NCBI RefSeq assembly: GCF_009914755.1 | Contig: NC_060933.1 | DNA: 64,000 nt | Reading direction: 5' to 3' (one strand) | Source of the DNA: the human T2T-CHM13v2.0 reference genome, Homo sapiens | In this document: piece by piece, positions 40,701 through 54,600 of the stretch | Layout of the letters: every line of letters starts with the position of its first letter | Numbering within the stretch: position 1 is the first letter of the stretch | The notes under the pieces: model-generated | What the model was told of the DNA's origin: nothing | What the model saw: only the letters and a program-made list of their open reading frames with translations | Database searches by the model: none | Program-made: the position numbers and the translations under genes

Positions 40701-43700
40701 CTCGCGTTGATTCCATTCCATTCCATTCCATTCCATTCCATTTCGATCCGTTCCATTCCATTCCATTCCATTCCATTCCGTTCCGTTCCATTCCATTCCA
40801 TTCCATTCCATTCTATTCGGGTTAATTCCATTCCATTCCATTCGATTGCAATCGAGTTGATTCCATTCCATTCCATTCCAATCCATGCCATTCCACTCGT
40901 TATGATTCCATTCTTTCCATTCCATTCAAGTTGAATCCATTCCATTGCATTCCATTCCATTCGATTCCATTCGATTGCACTCGGGTTGATTTCATGGCAT
41001 TGCATTCCATTCCATTCCATTCCATTCCATTCCATTCCATTCCTTTCCATTCGGATTCATTCTATTCAATTCCCTTACACTCCATTACATTCCATTCCAT
41101 TCGTGTAGTTTCCATTCCATTCCATTCCATTCCTCTCCATTCCAATGCACTCGGGTTGATTCCATTCCATTCCATTCCATTCCATTCCATTCCATTCCGG
41201 ATGATTCCATTCCATTGAATTCCATTGCATTCCATTCCCCTGCACTTGGGTTGATTCCAATCCATTCCATTCCATTCCTTTCTTTTCCATTCCATTCCAT
41301 TCCATTCCATTCTTTCGTGTTAATTCCATTCCATTCTATTCCATTCCATTCCATTGAAATCGACTTGATTCCATTTCATTCCATTCCATTCCGGATGTTT
41401 CCATTCCATTGCATTCCATTCCATTCCATTCCACTGCACTCGGGTTGATTCCATTCAATTCCATTCCATTACATTCCATTCCATTCCGTTCCATTTCATT
41501 CTATTCGGGTTAATTCCATTCCATTCCATTCCACTCCATTCCTGTCCTTTCCATTCCATTCCACTCGGGTTGATTCCATTCTATTCCTTTCAATTCCATT
41601 CCATTCCATTGCAATCGAGTTGATTCCATTCCAGTTGAATCCATTCCATTCCATTCCATTCCATTCCATTCCATTCCATTGCACACGGGTTCATTCCATT
41701 CCATTCCATTCCATTCCATTCCATATCATTCCATTCCATTCTATTCCGTACCATTCCATTCCATCCCATTCCATTCCGTTCCATTCCATGCCATTACACT
41801 CGGGTTGATTCCATTCCTTTCCATTCCATTCTTGTTGAATCCATTCCATTCCATTCCATTCCATTCGAATCCATTCCACTGCACTCAGGTTGATTCCATT
41901 CCATTCCATTCCATTCCATTTCATTCCATTCCATTCCATTACATTCGGATTGATTCTATTCAATTCCCTTACACTCCATTACATTCCGTTACATTCGGGA
42001 TGTTTCCATTCCATTCCATTCTATTCCACTCCATTCCATTGCATCAGGTTGATTGCATTCCATTCCATTCCATTCCATTCCGGATGATTCCATTCCATTG
42101 CATTCCATTCCATTCCATTTCCCTGCACTCGGGTTGATTCCATTCCATTCCATTCCATTCCATTCCATTCCATTCCGTTCCATTCCATTCCATTCCATTC
42201 TATTCCGGTTAATTCCATTCCATTCCATTTTATTCCATTCCATTCCATTCCATTCCATTGCAATCGAGTTGATTCCATTCCATTCCATTCCATTCCGTTC
42301 CGGATGATTCCATTCCATTCCATTCCATTTCATTCCATTCCCCTGCAGTCGGGATGATTCCATTCCATTCCATTCCATTCCATTCCGTTCCATTCCATTC
42401 CATTCTATTCTATTCGGGTTAATTCCATTCCTTTCCATTCCATTCTATTCCATTCCATTCCAATCCAGTTGATTCCATTCCATTCCACTCCATTCCATTC
42501 CACTCCATTCCAGTCCTTTCCATTCCATTACCCTCGGGTTGATTCCATTAAATTCCTTTCCATTCCATTCCATTCCATTGCAATCGAGTTGATCCCATTG
42601 CTTTGCATTCCATTCCATTCCATTCCATTCCGGATGATTCCATTCCATTGCATTCCATTCCATTCCATTCCCCTGCACTCGGGTTGATTCCATTCCATTC
42701 CACTCCATTCCGTTCCATTCCGTTCCATTCCATTGTATTCGGGTTAATTCCATTCCATTCCATTCCATTCCATTCCATTACAATCGAGTTGATTCCATGC
42801 CATTCCATTCCATTCCAGTCCTTTCCATTCCATTCCACTCGGGTTGATTCCATTCTATTAGTTTCCATTCCATTCCATTCCCTTCCATTCCACTCTGGTT
42901 GATTCCATTCCTTTCCATTCCACTCGAATACATTCCCTCCTATTCCACTCGGAACGATTCCATTCCATTCCATTCCATTCCATTCCATTCCATTCCATTC
43001 CAGTTCGTTCCATTCCATTCTATTCCGTACCATTCCATTCTATTCCATTCCTTTCCATTCCATTCCTTTCCACTCGTATTGATTCCATTCCTTTCCATTC
43101 CATTCGGTTTTAAGGCATTCCATTCCATTCCATTCCATTCCATTCCATTCCATTGCATTCTATTCCATTCCATTGCAATCGAGTTTAATCCATTGCCTTT
43201 CATGCCATTCCATTCCATTCCATTCCATTCCGGAAGATTCCATTCCATTCCATTCCATTCCATTCCATTCCGTTCCGTTCCATACCATTCCATTCCATTC
43301 CATTCCGTTCCGTTCCATTCCATTCCATTCCATTCTATTCGGGTTAATTCCATTCCATTCCATTCGATTGCCATCGAGTTGATTCCATTCCATTCCATTC
43401 CATTCCATTCCATTCCATTCCATTCCTTTCCATTCCATTACGGATGACTCCATTCCATTGCATTCCATTCCATTCCATTCCCCTTTACTCGGGTTGATTC
43501 CATTCCATTCCATTCTACTCCATTCGGTTCCGTTGCATTCTATTCTATTGCATTCCATACTATTTGGGTTAATTCCATTCCATTCTATTCCATTCCATTC
43601 CATTGCAATGGAGTTGATTCCATTCCATTCCATTCCATTCCGGATGATTCCATTCGATTGCATTCCATTCCATTCCATTCCCCTGCACTCGTGTTGATTC

Positions 43701-43787
43701 CATTCCCTTCCATTCCATTCCATTCCATTCCATTCTATTCCGATTAATTCCATTCCATTCCATTCCATTCCATTCCATTGCAATCGA
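37771..43787 (+). repeat. Copy 2 of the approx. 6.0 kb tandem duplication
   Basis: It begins at CCATTGCAATCGACTTG (37771), matching 31747. It ends at CAATCGA (43787), where the sequence continues GTTG...GCCTTGCATTCC instead of re-entering the unit. Confidence 0.95.
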
Positions 43788-45130
43788 GTTGATTCCATTC
43801 CATTCCTTTCCATTCCATTGCCTTGCATTCCACTCGGGTTGATTCCATTCCCTTCTTTCCACTCCATTACATTCCCTTCCTTTCCACTCGGAATGATTGA
43901 TTCCATTCCATTCCATTCCATTTCATTCCATTGCAATCCATTCCAATCCATTCCATTCCATTCCATTCCACTCGAGTTGACTTCATTCCATTCCTTTCCA
44001 TTCCATTCCATTCCATTCCTTTCCACTCGAGTTGATTCCATTCCATTCCAATCCATTGCATTCCATTCCATGCCATTCCACTCGGGTTGATTCCATTCCT
44101 TTGCATTCCATTCCATTCCATTCCATTGCATTCCATTCCATTCCATTCCGTTGCATTCCATTCCATTACATTCGGATTGATTCTATTCAACTCCCTTACT
44201 CTCCATTACATTCCATTCCATTCGGGTTGTTCCATTCCATTCCATTCCATTCCACTCCATTCCATTGCACTCGGGTTGATTCCATTCCATTCCATTCCAT
44301 TCCATTCCATTCCATTCCGGATGATTCCATTCCATTGCATTCCATTCCGTTCCATTCCCCTGCACTCGGGTTGATTACATTCCATTTCCTTCCCTTCCAT
44401 TCCTTTCCATTCCATTCCATTCCATTGTATTCGTGTGAATTCCATTCCATTCCATTCCATTCCATTCCATTGGAATCGAGTTGATTCCATTCTATGCCAT
44501 TCCATTCCGTTCCGGATGATTCCATGCCATTCCATTCCATTCCATTCCCCTGTAGTCGGTTTGATTCCATTCCATTCCATTCCATTCCATTCCAATCGAG
44601 TTGATTCCATTCCATTCCATTCCATTCCATTCCATTCCATTCCATTGCATTCCATTCCATTCCATTCCAGATGATTCCATTCCATTGCATTCCATTCCAT
44701 TCCATTCCCCTGCACTCGGGTTGATTCCATTCCATTCCACTCCATTCCGTTCCATTCCATTCCATTCCATTTTATTCGGGTTAATTCTATTCCATTCCAT
44801 TCCATTCCATTCCATTCCATTCCATTCCATTCCATTACAATCGAGTTGATTCCATTCCATTTCATTCCATTCCTTTACATTCCAGTCCTTTCCATTCCAT
44901 TCCACTCGCGTTGATTCCATTCTATTAGGTTCCATTCCATTCAATTCCCTTCCATTCCACTCTGGTTGATTCCACTCCTTTCCATTCCACTCGAATTCAT
45001 TCCCTCCTATTCCACTCGGAACGATTCCATTCCATTCCATTCCATTCCATTCCATTCCATTCCATTCCATTCCAGTTCCTTCCATTCCATTCTATTCCGT
45101 ACCATTCCATTCCATTCCATTCCTTTCCAT

Positions 45131-45605
45131 TCCATTCAATTCCTTTCCATTCCATTACGGATGACTCCATTCCATTGCATTCCATTCCATTCCATTCCCC
45201 TGTACTCGGGTTGATTCCATTCCATTCCATTCCACTCCATTCGGTTCCGTTGCATTCCATTCTATTGCATTCCATTCTATTCTGGTTAATTCCATTCATT
45301 CTATTCCATTCCATTCCATTCCATTCCATTGCAATGGAGTTGATTCCATTCCATTCCATTCCATTCCATTCCATTCCATTCCATTCCATTCAATTCCTTT
45401 CCATTCCATTACGGATGACTCCATTCCATTGCATTCCATTCCATTCCATTCCCCTGTACTCGGGTTGATTCCATTCCATTCCATTCCACTCCATTCGGTT
45501 CCGTTGCATTCCATTCTATTGCATTCCATTCTATTCTGGTTAATTCCATTCATTCTATTCCATTCCATTCCATTCCATTCCATTGCAATGGAGTTGATTC
45601 CATTC
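45131..45605 (+). repeat. 254-bp tandem duplication (two copies)
   Basis: CAATTCCTTTCC...ACGGATGACTCC...GCAATGGAGTTG occurs at 45137 and 45391. ORFs 45175 and 45429 begin identically. Both copies share the 1-bp deletion TAATTCCATTCATTCTATT. Confidence 0.92.
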
Positions 45606-48600
45606 GATTCCATTCCATTCCATTCCATTCCATTCCATTCCATTCCATTCCATTCCGTTCCATTCCATTCCATTCCATTCCAGTTCGTTCCATTCCATTC
45701 TATTCCGTACCATTCCATTCCATTCCTTTCCTTTCCATTCCATTCCTTTCCACTCGTGTTGATTCCATTCCTTTCCATTCCATTCGGTTTGAAGGCATTC
45801 CATTCCATTCCATTCCATTCCATTCCGTTCCGTTCCATTCCATTCCATTCCATTCCATTCCGTTCCGTTCCATTCCATTCCATTCCATTCTATTCGGGTT
45901 AATTCCATTCCATTCCATTCGATTGCCATCGAGTTGATTCCATTCCATTCCATTCCATTCCATTCCATTCCATTCCATTCAATTCCTTTCCATTCCTTTA
46001 CGGATGACTCCATTCCATTGCATTCCATTCCATTCCATTCCCCTGCACTCGGGTTGATTCCATTCCATTCCATTCCACTCCATTCGGTTCCGTTGCATTC
46101 CATTCTATTGCATTCCATTCTATTCTGGTTAATTCCATTCCATTCTATTCCATTCCATTCCATTCCATTCCATTGCAATGGAGTTGATTCCATTCCATTC
46201 CATTCCATTCCGGATGATTCCTTTCCATTGCATTCCATTCCATTCCATTGCCCTGCACTCGTGTTCATTCCATTCCGTTCCATTCCATTCCATTCCATTC
46301 TATTCCGGTTAATTCCATTCCTTTCCATTCCATTCCATTCCATTGCAATCGAGTTGATTCCATTCCATTCCTTTCCATTCCATTCCATTGCCTTGCATTC
46401 CACTCGGGTTGATTCCATTCCCTTCTTTCCACTCCATTTCATTCCCTTCCATTCCACTCGGAATGATTGATTCCATTCCATTCCATTGAATTTCATTCCA
46501 TTGCAATTCATTCCAATCCATTCCATTCCATTCCATTTCACTCGAGTTGACTTCATTCCATTCCTTTCCATTCCATTCCATTCCTTTCCACTCGAGTTGA
46601 TTCCATTCCATTCCAATCCATTGCATTCCATTCCATGCCATTCCACTCGGGTTGATTCCATTCCTTTGCATTCCATTCCATTCCATTCCATTCCATTCCA
46701 TTCCATTCCATTCCGTTGCATTCCATTCCATTACATTCGGATTGATTCTATTCAACTCCCTTACTCTCCATTACATTCCATTCCATTCGGCTTGTTCCAT
46801 TCCATTACATTCCATTCCACTCCATTCCATTGCACTCGGGTTGATTCCATTCCGTTCCATTCCATTCCATTCCATTCCGGATGATTCCATTCCATTACAT
46901 TCCGTTCCATTACATTCCCCTGCACTCGCGTTGATTCCATTCCATTCCATTCCATTCAATTCCATTCAATTCCATTCCATTACAATTCGTTCCATTCCAT
47001 TCTATTCCGTACCATTCCATTCCATACCATTCCATTCTATTCCATTCCATTCCATTCCATTCCATTCCGTTCCATTCCGTTCCATTCCATTCCATTCCAT
47101 TCTATTCGGGTTAATTCCATTCCATTCCATTCCATCCCATTCTATTACATTCCATTGCAATCGAGTTGAATCCATTGCATTTCATTCCATTCCATTCCAT
47201 TCCATTCCATTCCGGAAGATTCCATTCCTTTGCATTCCATTCCATTCCATTCCCCTGCACTCGCGTTGATTCCATTCCATTCCATTCCATTTCATTCCAT
47301 TCCATTCCATTCCGTTCCGTTCCATTCCATTCCATTCCATTCCATTCCATTCCGTTCCGTTCCATTCCATTCCATTCCATTCTATTCGGGTTAATTCCAT
47401 TCCATTCCATTCGATTGCAATCGTGTTGATTCCATTCCATTCCATTCCATTCCATTCCATTCCATTCCATTCCTTTCCATTCCATTACGGATGATTCCAT
47501 TCCATTGCATTCCCTTCCATTCCATTCCCCTGTACTCGGGTTGATTCCATTCCATTGCATTCCAATCCATGCCCTTCCACTCGTGTTGATTCCATTCTTT
47601 CCATTCCATTCAAGTTGAATCCATTCCATTGCATTCCATTCCATTCGATTCCATTCGATTGCACTCGGGTTGATTCCTTTCCATTGCATTCCATTCCATT
47701 CCATTCCATTCCATTCCATTACATTCCATTACATTCGGATTTATTCTATTCAATTCCCTTACACTCCATTACATTCCATTCCATTCGGGTAGTTTCCATT
47801 CCATTCCATTCCATTCCTCTCCATTCCATTGCACTCGGGTTCATTCCATTACATTGCATTCCATTCCATTCCATTCCATTCCATTCCGTTCCATTCCATT
47901 CCATTACATTCGGATTGATTCTATTCAACTCCCTTACTCTCCATTACATTCCATTCCATTCGGGTTGTTCCATTCCATTCCATTCCATTCCACTCCATTC
48001 CATTGCACTCGGGTTTATTCCATTCCATTCCATTCCATTCCATTCCATTCCATTCCATTCCATTCCGGAAGATTTCATTCCATTGCATTCCATTCCATTC
48101 CATTCCCCTGCACTCGCGTTGATTCCATTCCATTCCATTCCATTCCATTCCATTCCATTCCATTCCATTCCTTTCCGTTCCATTCCATTCCATTCCATTC
48201 CATTCCATTCCATTCCGTTCCGTTCCGTTCCGTTCCATTCCATTCTATTCCATTCCATTCCATTCCATTCGGGTTAATTCCAGTCCATTCCATTCGATTG
48301 CAATCGAGTTGATTCCATTCCATTCCATTCCATTCCATTCCATTCCATTCCTTTCCATTCCATTACGGATGATTCCATTCCATTGCATTCCATTCCATTC
48401 CATTCCCCTGTACTCGGGTTCATTCCATTCCATTCCATTCCAATACATGCCATTCCACTCGTGTTGATTCCATTCTTTCCATTCCATTCAAGTTGAATCC
48501 ATTCCTTTGCATTCCATTCCATTCCATTCCCCTGCAATCGGGTTGATTCCATTCCATTCCATTCCATTCCATTCCATTCCATTCCATTCCGTTCCGTTCC

Positions 48601-51600
48601 GTTCCGTTCCATTCCATTCCTTTCCATTCTATTCGGGTTAATTCCATTCCATTCCATTCCATTCCATTCCATTCCATTCCAATCGAGTTGATTCCATTCC
48701 ATTCCATTCCATTCCATTCCACTCCATTCCAGTCCTTTCCATTCCATTCCACTCGGGTTGATTCCAATGTATTCCTTTCCATTCCGTTCCATTCCGTTGC
48801 AATCGAGTTGATTCCATTTCTTTGCATTCCATTCCATTCCATTCCATTCCATTCGGATTCATTCTATTCAATTCTCTTACACTCCATTACATTCCATTCC
48901 ATTCGTGTAGTTTCCATTCCATTCCATTCCATTCCTCTACATTCCATTGCACTCGGGTTGATTCCATTCCATTCCATTCCATTGCATTGCATTCCATTCC
49001 ATTCCGGATGATTCCATTCCATTGCATTCCATTGCATTCCATTCCCCTGCACTCGGGTTGATTCCATTCCATTCCATTACATTACATTCCATTCCATTTC
49101 TTTCCATTCCATTCGGATTGATTCTATTCAATTCCCTTACACTCCATTCCATTCCATTCCATTCGGGTAGTTTCTATTCCATTCCATTCCATTCCTCTCC
49201 ATTCCATTGCACTCGGGTTGATTCCATTCCATTCCATTCCATTCCATTCCATTCCATTCCATTCCGTTGCATTGTACTAGGGTTGATTCCATTCCATTGC
49301 ATTCCATTCCATTCCATTCCATTCCATTCCATTCCATTCCATTCCGTTCCATTCCATTCCATTACATTCGGAATGATTCTTTTCAACTCCCTTACTCTCC
49401 ATTACATTCCATTCCATTCGGGTTGTTCCATTCCATTCCATTCCATTCCACTCCATTCCATTGCACTCGGGTTGATTCCATTCCATTCCATTCCATTCCA
49501 TTCCATTCCATTCCATTCCGGAAGATTCCATTCCATTGCATTCCATTCCATTCCATTCCCCTGCACTCGCGTTGATTCCATTCCATTCCATTCTATTCCC
49601 TTCCAATCCCTTCCTTTACGTTCCATTCCATTCCATTCCATTCCATTCCATTCCATTCCATTCCGTTCCGTTCCGTTCCGTTCCATTCCATTCCATTCCA
49701 TTCTATTCGGGTTAATTCCATTCCATTCCATTCGATTGCAATCGAGTTGATTCCATTCCATTCCATTCCATTCCATTCCATTCCATTCATTTCCATTCCA
49801 TTACGGATGATTCCATTCCATTGAATTCCGTTCCATTCCATTCCCCTGTACTCTGGTTGATTCCATTCCATTCCATTCCAATCCATGCCATTCCACTCGT
49901 GTTGATTCCATTCTTTCCATTCCATTCAAGTTGAATCCATTCCATTGCATTCCATTCTATTCCATTCCATTCCATTCCATTCCATTGCATTCCGTTCCAT
50001 TCCATTCCATTACATTCGGATTGATTCTATTCAATTCCCTTAAACTCCATTCCATTCCATTCCATTCGGGTAGTTTCCATGCCATTCCATTCCATTCCTC
50101 TCCATTCCATTGAACTCGGGTTGATTCCATTCCATTGCATTCCATTCCATTCCATTCCCCTGCACTCGCGTTGATTCCATTCCATTCCATTCCATTCCAT
50201 TCCATTCCATTCCTTTCCGTTCCATTCCATTCCATTCCATTCCAATCCATTCCATTCCGTTCCGTTCCGTTCCATTCCATTCCATTCCATTCTATTCGGG
50301 TTAATTCCATTCCATTCCATTCGATTGCAATCGAGTTGATTCCATTCCATTCCATTCCATTCCATTCCATTCCATTCCTTTCCATTCCATTACGGATGAT
50401 TCCATTCCATTGCATTCCATTCCATTCCATTCCCCTGTACTCGGGTTGATTCCATTCCATTCCATTCCAATCCATGCCATTCCACTGCTGTTGATTCCAT
50501 TCTTTCCATTCCATTCAAGTTGAATCCATTCCATTGCATTCCATTCCATTCCATTCCCCGGCAGTCGGGTTGTTTCCATTCCATTCCATTCCATTCCATT
50601 CCATTCAATTCCGTTCCGTTCCATTCCATTCCATTCCATTGTATTCGGGTTAATTCCATTCCATTGCATTCCATTCCAATCGAGTTGATTCCATTCCATT
50701 CCATTCCATTCCCCTGCACTCGGGTTGATTCCATTCCATTCCATTCCATTCCTCTCCATTCCATTGCACTCGGGTTGATTCCATTCCATTCCATTCCATT
50801 CCATTCCATTCCATTCCATTCCATTCCATTCCGTTGCATTGTACTAGGGTTGATTCCATTCCATTCCATTCCATTCCATTCCATTTCGTTCCATTCCATT
50901 CTATTCCGTATCATTGCATTCCATTCCATTCCATTCCATTCCATTCCATTCCATTCCATTCTACTCGGGTTGATTCAATTCCATTGCATTGCATTCCATT
51001 CCATTCCATTCCATTCCGTTGCATTCCATTCCATTACATTCGGATTGATTCTATTCAACTCCCTTACTCTCCATTACATTCAATTCCATTCAGGTTGTTC
51101 CATTCCATTCCATTCCATTCCACTCCATTCCATTGCACTCGGGTTTATTCCATTCCATTCCATTCCATTCCATTCTATTCGAATTAATTCCATTCCATTC
51201 CATTCCATTCCATTCCATTCCATTGCATTGCAATCGAGTTGAATCCATTGCATTTCATTCCATTCCATTCCATTCCATTCCATTCCATTCCGGAAGATTC
51301 CATTCCATTGCATTCCATTCCATTCCATTCCGTTCCGTTCCGTTCCATTCCATTCCATTCCATTCCATTCCATTCCGTTCCGTTGCATTCCCTTCCATTC
51401 CATTCTATTCGGGTTAATTCCATTCCATTCGATTCGACTGCAATCGAGTTGATTCCATTCCATTCCATTCCTTTCCATTCCATTCCATTCCATTCCTTTC
51501 CATTCCATTGTAATCGAGTTGATTACATTCCATTCCTTTCCATTCCATTCCATTGCCTTGCATTCAACTCGGGTTGATTCCATTCCCTTCTTTCCACTCC

Positions 51601-54600
51601 ATTACATTCCCTTCCATTCCACTCGGAATGATTGATTCCATTCCATTCCATTCCATTTCATTCCATTGCAATCCATTCCAATCCATTCCATTCCATTCCA
51701 TTCCATTCGAGTTGATTTCATTCCATTCCTTTCCATTCCATTCCATTCCTTTCCACTCGAGTTGATTCCATTCCATTCCATTCCATTGTATTCCATTCCA
51801 TGCCATTCCACTCGGGTTGATTCCATTCCATTCCATTCCATTCCATTCCATTCCATTCCATTCCATTGCATTCCATTCCATTCCTTTCCGCTGCACTCGG
51901 GTTGATTCCATTCCATTCCATTCCATTTAATTCCATTCCATTCCATTCCATTCCATTCCAATCCGTTCCATTCCATTCCATTCTATTCCATTGCAATCGA
52001 CTTGATTCCATTCCATTCCATTCCATTCCATTCCATTCCATTTTGTTCCAATCCATTCTATTCCGAACCATTCCATTCCATTCCATTCCCTTCCATTCCA
52101 TTCCATTCCATGCCATTCCACTCGGGTTGATTCCATTCCTTTCCATTCCATTCGGGTAGAATCCAATCCACTCCATTCCATTCCATTCGAATCCATTCCA
52201 TTGCACTCGGGTTGATTCCATTCCATTCTATTCCATTCGATTCAATTCCATTCCATTCCATTCCGTTTGATTCCATTTCATTACATTCAGATTGATTCTA
52301 TTCAATTCCCTTACACTCCATTATATTCCAATCCATTCTGGTTGTTTCCATTCCATTCCATTCCATTTCAGTCCATTCCATTGCACTCGGTTTGATTCCA
52401 TTCCATTCCATTCCATTCCATTCCGGATGATTCCTTTCCATTGCATTCCATTCCATTCCATTCCCCTGCACTCAGGTTGATTCCATTCCATTCCATTCCA
52501 CTCCATTCGGTTCCGTTCCATTCCATTCTATTGCATTACATTCTATTCGGGTTAATTCCATTCCATTCTATTCCATTCTATTCCATTCCATTCCATTGCA
52601 ATGGAGTTGATTCCATTCCATTCCATTCCATTCCGGATGATTCCATTCCATTGCATTCCATTCCATTCCATTCCATTTTATTCGGGTTAATTCCATTCCA
52701 TTCCATTCCATTCCATTCCATTCCATTCCACTCCATTCCAGTCCTTTCCATTCCATTCCACTCGGGTTGATTCCAATGTATTCCTTTCCATTCCATTCCA
52801 TTCCATTGCAATCGAGTTGATTCCATTGCTTTGCATTCCATTCCATTCCATTCCATTCCGGATGATTGCATTGCATTGCATTCCATTCCATTCCATTCCC
52901 CTGCACTCGGGTTGATTCCATTCCATTCCACTCCATTCCGTTCCATTCCATTCCATTCCATTGTATTCGGGTTAATTCCATTCCATTCCATTCCATTCCA
53001 TTTCATTCCATTCCATTACAATCGAGTTGATTCCATTCCATTCCATTCCATTCCAGTCCTTTCCATTCCATTCCTCTCGGGTTGATTCCATTCTATTAGT
53101 TTCCATTCCATTCCATTCCCTTCCATTCCACTCTGGTTGATACCATTCCTTTCCATTCCACTCGAATACATTCCCTCCTATTCCACTCGGAACGATTCCA
53201 TTCCATTCCATTCCATTCCATTCCATTCCATTCGATTCCATTTCGTTCCATTCCATTCTATTCCGTATCATTCCATTCCATTCCATTCCATTCCATTGTA
53301 CTCAGGTTGATTCAATTCCATTGCATTCCATTCCATTCCATTCCATTCCATTCCATTCCGTTGCATTCCATTCCATTACATTCGGATTGATTCTATTCAA
53401 CTCCCTTACTCTCCATTACATTCCACTCCATTCGGGTTGTTCCATTCCATTCCATTCCATTCCACTCCATTCCATTGCACTCGGGGTGATTCCATTCCAT
53501 TCCATTCCATTCCATTCCATTCCATTCCGGATGATTCCATTCCATTGCATTCCGTTCCATTACATTTCCCTGCACTCGCGTTGATTCCATTCCATTCCAT
53601 TCCATTGCATTCAATTCCATTCCATTACAATTCGTTCCTTTCCATTCTATTCCGTACCATTCCATTCCATTCCATACCATTCCATTCCATTCCATTCCGT
53701 TCCATTCCGTTCCATTCCATTCCATTCCATTCTATTCGGATTAATTCCATTCCATTCCATTCCATTCCATTCCATTCTATTCCATTCCATTGCAATCGAG
53801 TTGAATCCATTGCATTTCATTCCATTCCATTCCATTCCATTCCATTCCATTCCATTCCGGAAGATTCTATTCCATTGCATTCCATTCTATTCCATTCCCC
53901 TGCACTCGCGTTGATTCCATTCCATTCCATTCCATTCCATTCCATTCAGTTCCGTTCCATTCCATTCCATTCCATTCCATTCCATTCCATTCCATTCCGT
54001 TCCGTTCCATTCCATTCCATTCCATTCTATTCGGGTTAATTCCATTCCATTCCATTCGATTGCAATCGAGTTGATTCCATTCCATTCCATTCCATTCCAT
54101 TCCATTCCATTCCATTCCATTCCTTTCCATTCCATTACGGATGATTCCATTCCATTGCATTCCATTCCATTCCATTCCCCTGTACTCGGGTTGATTCCAT
54201 TCCATTCCATTCCAATCCATGCCATTCCACTCGTGTTGATTCCATTCTTTCCATTCCATTCAAGTTGAATCCATTCCATTGCATTCCATTCCATTCGATT
54301 CCATTCGATTGCACTCGGGTTGATTCCATTCCATTGCATTCCATTCCATTCCATTCCATTCCATTCCATTCCATTCCATTCCATTCCGTTCCATTCCATT
54401 ACATTCGGATTGATTCTATTCAACTCCGTTACTCTCCATTCCATTCCATTCCATTCGGGTTGTTCCATTCCATCCCATTCCATTCCATTCCACTCCATTC
54501 CCCTGCACTCGGGTTGATTCCATTCCATTCCATTCCATTCCATTCCATTCCGGATGATTCCATTCCATTGCATTCCGTTCCATTACATTCCCCTGCACTC

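Noticed and set aside
44464-44476. ATTCCA-T-TGGAAT inverted repeat as an inversion breakpoint
   Set aside because: It arises from a single C>G change in TTGCAATCGAG, and orientation is unchanged on both sides.
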